Assembly: GCA_030324005.1 (NCBI GenBank)
Contig: JARDVH010000124.1
Span: 27,011,296-27,075,295, forward strand
Reading direction: 5' to 3'
Length of the DNA stretch: 64,000 bases
From: Negaprion brevirostris
Lineage: Eukaryota
In this document: piece after piece, positions 13,692-25,700 of the stretch
Numbering within the stretch: position 1 is the stretch's first letter
How the letters are laid out: the number at the start of each line of letters is the position of its first letter
Notes under the pieces: generated by a model
Database searches by the model: none
The model's input: the letters and a program-made list of their open reading frames with translations, nothing else
What the model was told of the DNA's origin: nothing
Program-made: the position numbers and the translations under genes

Positions 13692-15774
13692 CAGTAATGA
13701 GCAACCCAGGCCAGTGAATGATCCGCATGAGTGGCCCTTCATCATGTCTGTGGGCTGTGTAAGTGAAATTGTCATTTGTATTTAACATGGCCCCATGAAT
13801 AAGATTAAACACATGCCAAATATTTCATAACCAGTTACTGGACATGCTTAAATAAACATTCATGTATTAAACAGAACAGTCAACAACTTCAAATTGCAAA
13901 AACAAGTGTAATATTCATACTTACATTATTAATGTGACTTTTGGTTGAGTCTGCCCTCCACAAGTTTTCTTAGGTTAGGACTCAGTGGTGTGCAGACACT
14001 TCACAATTCAGCATTAAAGTTTCCATCTGTCAGTCTATTGCGCTTGCTTTGGATGTGACCCATCAATATGTTGACACAAACACTGATACCAACTTTGCAA
14101 TGCCATGCCAGAGAACTGGACTGGAGTAACTCAAACAAAATTCTCACATACTTTATGAAGTAATTCCTCTTCAACCTTTGACATACTGAGCCTCATTTGC
14201 TTAGATCAAATTCAAATGGATTTGAGAGCAATAAGGGAAAAGGTTTCAGATCACCCCGGGAAGAAAAGTGGCTCTGAAATCATTCTGCCAGTGTAGACTG
14301 CACTTGTATGTGCACTGATGGATATGTATTTCCTTGATCAGAGTGTTTTTTCAGATTTAGAAAGCGTAGTCACTTGAAAGTAATGGAGTGGACATTGACT
14401 GCAGGTGCACAATCAAATTTCTTATGCTCCTACCTAATATGTTCAAGAGGTGATTTCTCCCTGTAATAACTTGTCCAATAAGTTCAGGTGACCAGTGATG
14501 TTGGTGAGAAAAGTCACATCCAAAACCCAGCTCTCATCTTCTAACTCTGGGTATATTTGAGATATCAGTGCAAGAAACTTCTGGATTTCTGATAGAAATA
14601 GTCCAATATTTTAACACGGCTTAGCCAGCATACTTCACTATGCATGACAAGATCTCCAGATTTTGTTTCAATTTTGATCCACAAGTTCCACATACTGACG
14701 GTGATGTATGGGGTGAGCACCTATAAAGTTAATAATCTGTATCACTTTGTCCATTACAACTTTAGGCCTGTCTCCCTGGTCAGGTTTAGCACAAAGTACT
14801 AGGTGTATTACATAACACACAGCAAATATGTTAGGTACACAAACTTTCTACAAGCTACAAATCCATGGTGTATTCCTGATCTGAAGAGGCACCCATCTGT
14901 TATAACTGATACAATATTTCCAAAGATCACTTGTGTTCTTTAAAATAATCAGTAAATGCCTCAAAAAAGAACAGGCCCTGCACACACCCATGTATTACCA
15001 AGAGATCTAAAAATTCTTCTGTCACATTCAAATCATTGTCAGCACAAAAAACCCACATGCAGAACTGAGCAGTGCCATTAATATCTTTGCATTTGTCCAG
15101 TGCTACATTGTTAGCCTCATTTGAAGTTACAGATTGGAAAAACTGTTTTGCCAGTTTGGCAGCCATTTATTGCACTCTGCGACTCACAGTACTCCCACGG
15201 AGTTGCAGACATTTAACACATTTGATAATTTCCTTTTGGTTTTTAAACTCAGCACATTAAACATCTGCAGATTTGATGATGCATTCTTTCACCAATGCAC
15301 CGTCTGAGAATGGCTTTCCATTTATTATCAAGCAATTTGAAAGCTAGCCAAAATCATTTCATATTTGTCAAATTACCAGCCTCTGTGTTTTCATGGCTTC
15401 CTTCAGATTGAAAAGCATGCTGGGCAGAATGAACAGGAACCTTGACCTGTGAGAGGGATGTAATGTTCCATAATACCTGTTAACATTGTATTTTTTTTTT
15501 GGAACTGCTATCACCTCATTGCAAATTAAGTTCAATGGTCTCCCTTTCCATTTAACAACAGAATAATCCAGTTCCCACTCTCTTTCTACCCTCAATCGCC
15601 CATTTTTCTCTTTCTGGCCACTTTTTCCTCTGCATTTTTTGATTTTGCGCTCGATTCTCTCTCCTCCCTACACCACTTCAACAAAAAAAATCCGTCAGGC
15701 AAGAGCAAAACAGATAACATGGGGTCATGGCCAGTCTTTGTGTAAGGGTCAGTCATGTTGCTGCTCATGATATA
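13692..15774 (-). mobile_element. Decayed hAT (Charlie/SPIN, GTF2IRD2-like) transposon
   Basis: EWELDYSVVKWKGRPLNLICNEVIAVPKKKYNVNRYYGTLH and VALDKCKDINGTAQ..NVTEEFLDL; WVLDVTFLTNITGHLNL region near 14480-14530. Weak TIRs cagtaatgagcaacc / ctgctcatgatata. Confidence 0.85.
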
Positions 15775-15819
15775 TTATACAAGTGGGCCTGCCATCCTGC
15801 CAGCATGCATTCCATTCAC

Positions 15820-16010
15820 CTTGTCAGCCCTCACTATGTTATTGAAACATTTCTGCCATTGCAGTCGGGTTTGTCCAACAATCCATATCTTTGCTCAATC
15901 CAGCCAGGACTTTTTTGTGAGGCTCTTGGCCTTCTCCATTTATCCTCTGGAAATAATACCTCTTTTTCTTCACTGTGACCCTTCCACTTCAGCCGTCCCT
16001 GCACCCCTTC
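15820..16010 (-). pseudogene. Harbinger Myb/SANT-like DNA-binding gene, exon 1 relic
   Basis: EKEVLFPEDKWRRPR...LQWQKCFNNIVRADK followed by donor gtgaat; resembles the ..QCRKRFNDL..|gt exon end of Harbinger Myb genes. Confidence 0.7.
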
Positions 16011-19000
16011 TGTAGCCTGTCCTACATGCAGCCAGTTTGAAGTTTGCAGAATGATCTATAAAGATGGTACGCTCAAGCTCACTGATAGCACTAACCTCCA
16101 TCCACCACCTCTTGGTCTGCTCCCCCAAAGGGGTTCTGTTACTTGGCTGCATTGTGCAAAGTTACCTTCAGAAGCACCACCATTAATGCCTCCGGAAAAG
16201 AACTTGGCACTAACCAATCACAAAGTCTAACCCACTACAGCTAATCCTGCTTATACATTCCACTGACGGTGCCACGATGTCTTATGCAAAGCAAGTTGCT
16301 GCTCAAATCCTCAGGAAGTTTGTGGCAGTTATAATGTAATGAAAGGCAAGCACCATTCTTTCTCAATGACAGCAAAATCTGGACCTTGGCACACAGGGCA
16401 GTATAGTACAGCCACGCACTATTCTTTCACCTCTGGGAATTTACACTGTCAAACTCTCTGAGAAGCCTNNNNNNNNNNGTTATGCAAAGTAATTTTAGGT
16501 AGTCTCAAACAAGAACTAGATGCAAACTTGTCTTGATTTGCTGCCAAGTTAGATAACTTACTCAAAGGTGACTGGAATGTTAGCGAGAGCGGTAGAAACG
16601 TTCACCAATGGTTGGGTTTAGACCTGTTAGACAACATGGGTATGATTTTAAATTTGGAAAATAACATCAGATGAGATCTAAAAAGGGGCTGGTTAATCAA
16701 ATTCCCCATCAGGTTAAAATTAACCACATAGGTTGAGCTTTACTGCACAAAATTCTACCCTGGGAAGGTTTGTGGATGACAGACAATGGTGAAAATAGGA
16801 ACTTGCTTCCCTTCATGGAGCACAAAAAATTGTTATTTCATCTTTCTAAAGAAGGGATATCCAAGGATATGTTCTGATGCCTAAATTGTAGTATTTTTCC
16901 CGTTGCAGGAAATAATATGGCAAGAAAATGTTTTCAAACACGTGGTTGTTGGGTGAGCAGATTGTAAAAGTGAATATTGAGTCAACACTAGTAGATGTAT
17001 TTTTGGCTGCCAAAGTAAATAATTTGGACATTTGATATTGAATTTGCAAGGTGTATAGCATTGGAAGTTGCTAAATTTTAATAAAATAAAATGGAATATT
17101 GAGGAAAATTTCTCATAGTAATCCTACTGAAGTGAGTGAATCATATAATCTTTACAAACTACTCCAGCCAAGTCAATTATAATAACAAATAATAAAATAT
17201 TTAGTAATGACCAAGAAGCAAACATATGTTCATTTTGAAATTGGGCACTTTGGTTTGATACAGTAATGCTATTTACAACACACCAATGACCGAGCACATT
17301 GCTATTTTACTTCTATTTTAAAATTAAAATATTGCAATACAGGTTACAACAAATCAGAATTCATCGAATCAAATATCCTGTAATTTATTGATATATTTTG
17401 AAAGAACTGACAAATACTTTTATATTTATTCAACCATGAGAAGGTGCAATAGAACAGTGCACAAATAAAGAAGATGGGATAATAGTTTTTGACTCGAAAT
17501 GGAATGTCCACTGTGAGTTATTGCAAGCTGGCACCATTTGTACAGGTTGAAAAGCGAGAGCATTTTTCCAGCTTGTCACTGTTAGTAATAGTTCATTCAG
17601 TTGAATGATACCTCGAACTGCTCTGTTGCAAGTATCTCTCTCTTGCCATGAGCTGAAATGTATTAGTCTGTACGTAGGGATGGGGTGCATGCAGGCATAT
17701 CATTTGACACATGCTTATATGTCCTAAATATATTGCATTAACGTGCGAGTTGTTTTATTGCCCCTTTCTGTTTGGTGTCTAGATCTCAAAGTTTATGTGA
17801 GAAAAAAAATTAAATGAAACGAACAGCACATTACCCTGTATTGAGTAAATTGTGCGGATATTGCCCAGGTTTTTGTGCATTTTTGTTCCTGCTCATCTGA
17901 TTGGAAATGTGTTAATTAAAACTTAAAGGTCCAAATGATCTCGTGTACAAGGATTCCCTCGTAGAATATTGCTTTCTTACATCTGATGATCTGCTTTAAT
18001 GAACAGTTTAACACATATACAGTTAAAGCAACTCTCAGTTGGGGTAAAAGGTACAGATTTATGAATGTAATATTTAATTGTTCAGTAGAGAATACCAACA
18101 ATACAAAGAATTAACATGTTTGCTCAGCAGGTATGAGGTGGGTTACTGCAGCTGCCAGAGATATACTGAATTAAAAGTTAACAACAGGCAAATCATCAAT
18201 CATAACCTTTCAACTGGATATTATTGTAGTAGGCATTCATCTTTGAGAGAATGCTGTGAAGGTAGATTGCTAGTTAAAATAAATGTTGACATCATTACAT
18301 GCTCCTGGAAGTGTTTTAATGGTTGAGGTAATAAATATACAACATAAAAATGTGTCTCGCATTTTACTTTGATTACAAGGTGATAAGTGCTGAAGCGGCA
18401 TGAATATTATTGTACAATGCAATAGATTTATGAGAATTAAGAGGATGCCGTGGTGGCCATTCAATGGCCATTCCTCCATGCCTGCCTATTCATTTCAGTT
18501 TTTTCTTATGTAGTCACAAGGTGTGTGATCCCAATGATTTATATGTTTTACTATTGGATTAATGGTATAATTTAGGAACATTTCACACATTTTGTACAAT
18601 TAGTAATAAAACTACCATGATATCTTGGGGGAGTGAGTGTTATTTGGACACCTAAAACAGGTGCATTTGAGTCTGGTAGGAATCTCAAAGCCAAACCCTA
18701 CCGCCTCAAAGTATCCCTGATCAGAACACTTATTCCCTACATCTGATGGTCTACTGGCCTGCAACTAAGAGGAATAACCGAATCTGTTTCCAAATGATGA
18801 AAGGCAATGACTTTACTGCAGCATAGTACCGGCTTTAAATTAATCCTTCTGGTATTTGCAGAGGCAGGACAGGGGGCAGAGGAATGTGGATGACCAACAC
18901 TGTCCAGAAAATTAATTATTTTAATAGCTCTGCACGTCTTGGATCTTTTCTCTCTTCCAGGCTAAATCTGGGTTTATTTGGGTTTCCTGGTCCTCCAGGA

Positions 19001-19580
19001 AGCTGTCTGCTGAAGGGTAGCATGTACTAGAGTGTGGAAAGGTAACAGCACAGCTTGTGGGCTGGAGTACTTCACCCCAGCGCACTGAACAAAACTTGTT
19101 TCCCCAACATCATGCATGATTAAGCCGTCCATCCTGTGATCATTGACCAATCTATTATTCCACATTTCTATTGAAAACCCTGCGGTCACCCCCTGCCTTC
19201 AAAACCACACTGTTTCCAGACTACACATTTCAGGACTGTGGCCTCTCCCTGAGGTCCCTCTGGTTTTCAAACAGGGAACTTAGCAAAAAGAAAATGTACA
19301 TGGTGGAGTTCAAACTTCTCAATGTTTGGAGAAACCTGATCTTCCAAGTTGCAGAATTCTACCCTGCATGCTGCTTGGAAATCCCACCCCAGTAAACGTT
19401 GGACCTGTATTTCCAAGATCTGTTTAGAGTATTTGATCTTTTAATATTGGAAAATAATCTGTAAATTTGCAACCCTGGTGCAGCAATGCCAATGTATATT
19501 GTCTTGAAGAAACATGTAAAAGAGTTACTCACCTTCCCCATTCAATTCTAATTTCAAGGAGATGGTGTAACAAAAATATT

Positions 19581-20229
19581 GGGCATGATCTATTGGCCCA
19601 GTTAGCCACGGGCACGAATCCTGTAATGGCCACTAAATCTTGCGACCGTCCGGAAATGGGATTTGCGTAGACAGGAATCTTTGCCCTCTTCCATGACTGA
19701 ATCAGAAACCAGTCATGATAACCACACTGGTGGCACTGGTGTTAAGGGACTAAGGCTGCACATTACTTCCGGCATTCTGACAGTGGGCAGTGTCCAGGAG
19801 GCTACCCTCCTGCATGGGTTGGGTGGGTTCCCGTTATATGTGGGGGTGAGAGGAAAAAGGTGGAGAGCCACTGTGCCAATGAGATGGTGGGAGATGGTTA
19901 TGAAGGGGGTGGGTACTTGCAATACAAGTGTCACCCCAGTGCTTATTGGGGGTCCTCTGTGTCCATGGTGTGGGGGGGCAGAAGGGGAAAAACTTTATTC
20001 TAAATGCAGATTGGGGCACACTTTAAAGATGGCACCTGGATCTCTGTGGAGCCTGCCTTGCTGGCTTGATCAGGCCTTGCCTTACAAGAATGGCACAGAC
20101 AACACCCCAGATTTTCTGTGCACTGAGTCCAGAAAGTCTTGTCTAGGAACTCAGCCGTGTTGCTGGAGAGAAACACGTGGATTTTCAGTCAGAGCCTAAC
20201 ACTCCGACAAACTTGGGAAAATTCCACCC
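19581..20229. mobile_element. Harbinger-type MITE
   Basis: Ends gggcatgatct / gggaaaattccaccc, flanked by att on both sides; G-rich interior. Confidence 0.55.
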
Positions 20230-20246
20230 ATTGCAAAATCAGCTTA

Positions 20247-20426
20247 TCATAGAATCGCTACAGTGCAGAAGGAGATCATTCAGTCCATCGAGTATACACC
20301 AACCACAATCCCACCCAGGTCCTGTTCGCATAACCCCATGCATTTATCCTAGCTAAGGGGCAATTTAATGTACCTAGCCAACACATTTTTGGAGTGTGGG
20401 AGGAAACCGGAGCACCCAGAGGAGAC
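20247..20426 (-). mobile_element. 5'-truncated HE1-like SINE
   Basis: tcatagaatcgctacagtgcagaaggag tail and ggaaaccggagcaccc body. Confidence 0.85.
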
Positions 20427-22719
20427 CTGCAGAAGGGTCGTTCAGCCACACGAGATTGAGCTTGTCTACATTATGCTATTTTGTTTCAAGATCTTCTTCC
20501 AGCTCAAAAAAAAGGAGAATGGCAGATGGGGGTTGGGCAAGAGAAAAAGATACACAGCACAGAGGACAACCCTGGGATACACAGTGCAGACGCCAACACA
20601 AGACTTCTCCCATTCCATACCGCTGTACATTCAATAAATCGAGTTTTTCTTCTACAATGTAGAATAATAAGCTATCTAACAACTCAAATAACAATGACAA
20701 AAAAGGAATTTCATACACACAGGTTGAGCATTTTATATAGCAATGTTGCACAATGTAATTTGATTAAAGTTTAATTTGTATTTTTATCATAAAACTGTAC
20801 TATTTTTTCTTTTAACTGACAGTAATATCTAATATCCTTTTGGGCATCATTGCAACTGAGAAGGTTTGTTAAATTTGAATCTATCTTAGCAGGAAAATTA
20901 ATCTTCCTGATGGGATTATAAAACTATCCTTTACTAACCATTTCTTTAAAACATGTGCAAGTCCCCGTTGTTATAAATTAGTTACAAGTGTATTTTGAAG
21001 TATTGAAGACATTTAGATAACATGTATATTTTAACAGACACTTCTAATGTGTGATAGAACTTTAACATTTTGTGACAAACAATTATTGCTCTTAATAGAT
21101 TTATAAAGTTAGATAGCGCTAAAGACCCATTTATAGATTGGATCTTTTAAGTATGCAATAATAGTAAATGTTCTAGATGGACTTTCTATTTTCATAGATC
21201 ACCTTCAGGGTCTTTGTTACAGTTCATGGGTAGTTGGTGTGTGAATGTGGAAACCTCACTGTACCTGCAGGCATCGTTAGTTAGACTGTACAGGGCTGAT
21301 GGAGCTGATGGAAATGATGGAAATGCTGGCTGCCCTGCTGCCCTTATCGATCCAAGCCAGCGACATCCAGCTGTGGCCTGCACCGAGTCAGGTGGCAAGT
21401 TCCAAGCGAGAAATTCAAAAGCAAAATGCATTTCAGTAAAAGACACTTGTATCATTAATTACAACAGTTTCACCTGTGACAGTGATAAACATGCTGTACT
21501 TTAGGAGGGTTTATGTGGTTAGTACATAAAGTAAATACAAATGAAAAAGATGATTCCAGGCATACAATAGATAAGGACTAGATATCCCCTTAAAGATATT
21601 CAGCGAGTTTTGCAGTCTGCACACCTTTACTTTGTTTAGGTGTTGATAAAAATCGCAGTATGAATTGATGCTGGAACAAAAAGCAGCTATATCTTAAAAG
21701 GCTAGATAGCTGGCATTTACTTGGTAATATACTATATCATAGTTTGAGGTCCATAAAACATATTAACTATGGGTACTTTGATATGTTTATAGTGTTATTA
21801 GTGTGTTACATAAAGAATATACAAATTAGGTAGGTAATTACCATTTATTTTCTCTGGCACATAGCTGTTGAAATTTGAATTTTCTAAAGTAGTGCTAATA
21901 TGTTAAGCACCATTCACATTACAATCATTTTACTACAGTGTAATGTCTTGAGAATGGACATCAGTAAAAGCGTAGTGCTTTTGGCTGCCATTGAAGCATT
22001 TATAATGACAAATTCTGGCATGGGGTAAAATCGCTGATGCTTGACTAACATCCATTTTCTGATATCTCATTGCAGTAAAATGATTGTAGTATAAAAGGAA
22101 GATAAACTTGCCTTGCCCCTCATATTTTGAATTAATACTACAATTTTATAAAATTAAAACCTATTAAGAGCATCAATCTTTACTGCAAAGATTTTCCCCT
22201 GATCTCCTTAGTTGAAGCCCTATTAACATTGGAAATTACTTTTCTGATGCCCTGGGGTCAAAGTATTTGACCCTAGACTTCAGTAAAATAAATGTAATAT
22301 GAAAAGGCTTGGTCACTATTCAAAAAAATTGTGAAATGAGGCAGATAAAATTAATCTGAAATAAATACATGAAATAAGTTTTTGCAATAGGAAAAACTGT
22401 CTACAGTTTGAATTATCCTTTGTAATCCACTATCTTTTTCTTTACCTATTTTCAAGAGCATTCTTCAGTTATAGACTTCCTTGCCCTTCTGTCATATAAG
22501 CAGCTCTAATTGAGAGAATGAACTGACAGCCACCCACTTCCAGTTCCATATCTGAACAGTGTAATGGTTGTTTTTTTAAGAATGGTTGGGCAAGCTTTAA
22601 CTTCTACCAATTTGTAAAACTGTAACACCTATGGTGTTCACGATTTAACTTAGTGAGTGATATTTAATGGGACCTGCAAGAAACATGGTGGGCAGGGGGA
22701 TTTAATTAGGCAGAGGTTG

Positions 22720-22900
22720 AAATCTCAAGAGAGCCTTGAACTTGTTTTGTCTCAACAATTTCTTCTTTAACTTGTCTCACTTCCTCCAAATATAAGGTGT
22801 GGCAGTGGGTCCTATTATTGCCTGTCTCTTTATGGGGTATGTGGAACATTCCTTCTCCCAGTCCTATGCTGCTCCCTCCCATATTTTTTCAAAGATAAAC
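22720..22900 (+). mobile_element. Penelope-like RT fragment
   Basis: QI*GVAVGPIIACLFMGYVEHSFSQS parallels the PLE RT motif GVAMG..GPSYACLFVGYVE. Confidence 0.6.
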
Positions 22901-22999
22901 AACTGCTTGGTGACAGACACTAATTTTCCACTCAGTTGTACACCATGAGTACTCAGTAATTGGGAAGCGCGTCAAATTAAATTTTACCTTCAAGGTCAA

Positions 23000-25700
23000 G
23001 TCACTGATGCATGGGAAACTTGCTTTCCCATGCACACTCCTGTCTCCTGTCTCCTGAAAGCTTGCACCGAGAGAGATTGCCCAACCTTTGGATCGGAGTT
23101 GAGGTTTTGCTGTTGTTTAACTCTCGCTCAGGAGCTGGGCCCAGGAGAAGATGGATCATCTGGTAACGGAAAAGATGAGAGAGTTAAAAAAAAGCTTGTG
23201 GTGCTTGGGCTCTCAAATGGCACAATGGTTGGACTGGCAAGAGGTCATGGATGGTGCTCAGGTCCTGAAGCTGCAGCACAACTTGGCAAACATGGCAGGG
23301 GATAGTGGGAGTGGGAGGGTGAAAGAGAGATCTGAAAGGAGCCAGGCAGCAGCCTATTTGGGGGCTGGGGGGGGCGCGGAATCCATCATTACAACGATCA
23401 TGTCCTGAATGTCCAAGGGCGACAGCTGCACCACCCTTTGCGGGTTAATAATCAGGGAAGGGATCTTGAATTTGAATGATCCAACTGCAGGGGGAGCAGG
23501 TCAATGCTCTCTGAAGGAGGGGTCAGGGAAAATGAAGGATGCTGATCAGACTCTCCAGGATGAGGACTGAAAGGTTGTGGGTGAAGGTGGGAGGGTTGAG
23601 AGTGAGAGTTGGAAGGTTGAGTGTCAGTGGCTCTGGGTCAAGAGTAATGGTTGGATATTCCAGGGAAGGAGCTCAAGGGAGGAGTCAATAAAGATATCAT
23701 AAGCCATCCATCAGCTCCATGCCACAATTGCATAAGCAGCACATCACTTCTCCCACTCACCAGTGACAATGGCCAATTGCCATGCAAATTATTTATGGAG
23801 AAGTCAGCAGATGTTCAGACATGTTGCTTTGCCTTGGGAATACTAATCATGGGCACACATTACCATCCAATGAAGACTGTCATCTAACAAGCTGTCAAAC
23901 GTAGCTGACGACAGGTGAGATGGCTCTCAGTCCCCTTCATTCAACAACATGAAGCATGATAATACAATATACATTACATAGTGCACACAATAGTCAAGGT
24001 AACAAAGTGATATCTCTACACACACGTGCATACCATAACAGTGTCTCACCTGACTTGTTACCATTTTGTCAATACTTCTTAATTTTTCATTTATGACTAC
24101 TATGTCTTGGCACAGCCTTGATATCAGCAGCTGAATGAAGTTAATCTGCTCAGTATGGTGCCTTGGATGATAATAGCAGGTGGCCCTGGAGATCTGGGGC
24201 CCTGTGGGCTGCTAACTGGAAGTTTCTTGCACTGCTACAGGCATCCCATTTGGCTTCACCTGCTGGAGGTAATGGGGTCAGTGTCGGAGAAGTTGAGGAT
24301 TCACCACTCAGCTGAGAGTGCCCTGAGTGGACGGCCCTAGGGGCTATCTCCTTCTCCATCTAGATGCATGAAGGCACCGCCTTGATTCCTTGAAGAGGGA
24401 GGGTTTGATGGGGGAGATGCAGGTGCCTCACTGTCCTCTCACTTAGCCACTGCTGCATTGTGCGCCAGTGGAATGCAGGACGAGTTCATATGGATCAAAT
24501 GCTCAATCAGACTCTCCATTGCAGTCGCCAGCCTTTCTTATATGGAGGCTTGGTGTTTACATGCCTGAGACATGTCAAAATGCATGTTGGTATGGACTTC
24601 TCCATCATCCACACAAATATGATTTCAGACATTTCTGACACATTTTCCTCCAACTTCATGTTTGCTGTAGCCTGTCAGCAGTGTTGGGCTAAACAAAGGC
24701 CTAGTACACGATAGTCCCCAGTATCAGAGATTTCAGCTGACAGTCCCCCTTGGTTGCTGGGGTGTCTTTTGGGTGCTCAACAGATTGTGACAGCTATACA
24801 TCAATTCTACATGTGACCCCTCACCAATCGTGTCGGTGTAACTGTGATGGAGGAAGCTGCTGGTGATGGCACATCCTCTGGGGCATTGGACTAATTGTCC
24901 CCTGATGATGACTTGTCTGGCTCCTGGTTTGGCTGCAGCCTGATCCTGGAATGGCGGTGACCATAGTGGAGAACAATCAGAACTTGATTTAACAAGATCA
25001 GAAGCAAGTGCGTCACATTCTCTTGTGTACCTCCTGTGTGCCCTTTACCACCATTAGGATGGTTGCCTCCTCATCCTTAGACTTGGTTGTTCCAGCCTTG
25101 CCATCTGCAATAGCCTGACCTCCCTCCTCTCTTGAAACCACTTTGTCTATTTCAGCCCCATCACAAGTAACAGCTGCCCAGTCCACTTCATCAGACAGTA
25201 GAGGTTTCTGGAGGAAACAGCCTTTCCCAAATAACCTAGAGGAAAACCTGCAGGAGGCATTGCTGGACTGTGGACCTGGCCTCCATGTAAATTCAGACGT
25301 CTTTTCTGCAGTGCATTGCAGAGGCTGGGACATGGATAAGGGGGTCCCAACACAAGAGAAAATAGTAAGGGGGCAGAGAATGAGGGTATGCAACAAAAAT
25401 GGAATAAAGTACTGAGAATGGGGGTGGACAGCAAAGTTGTGGCCATGAAGAACTGTATCCCTGTTTTTGTAGGAAGTTCTCTTATAGCCTGTCCTTGCTT
25501 GCTGTATTGCTGACTAATGGTAGATTAGGTTTCACAAATGAAAAAATGCCCCCATCATCAGAAGGTATGCATCTCCCACTCCCACCACTGGCAGTTTAAA
25601 ATTAATTGAAGTTGTGTGGGAACCAACATCCATTTCCAGTTCAGCTGTCAGGAATGACTCACCCCAGGTTAAATACTGTCCAGTATGTGGGCACAAGAAT
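23000..25700. mobile_element. Heavily decayed Harbinger-type relic (Myb companion remnants on -)
   Basis: GC-richer block. Minus-strand pieces such as GQAIADGKAGTT and EENVSEMSEII..MEKS resemble the non-catalytic Harbinger gene. No clear catalytic motif. Confidence 0.35.

Larger units (their letters stand above)
8200..16385. mobile_element. Decayed autonomous-type PIF/Harbinger transposon with nested inserts (boundaries approximate)
   Basis: Transposase halves on + (8550-8863, 12549-13110), convergent Myb/SANT exon on - (15820-16010), candidate right TIR gcaaaatctggacc at ~16372-16385. Left end unresolved. Confidence 0.7.

Noticed and set aside
14927-15595. Host GTF2IRD2/EPM2AIP1-type gene
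   Set aside because: Fragmented by stops and frameshifts, and bounded by TIR traces.
19663-20199. 178-aa ORF
   Set aside because: Lies within a G-rich MITE, has a TTG start and no recognisable domain.
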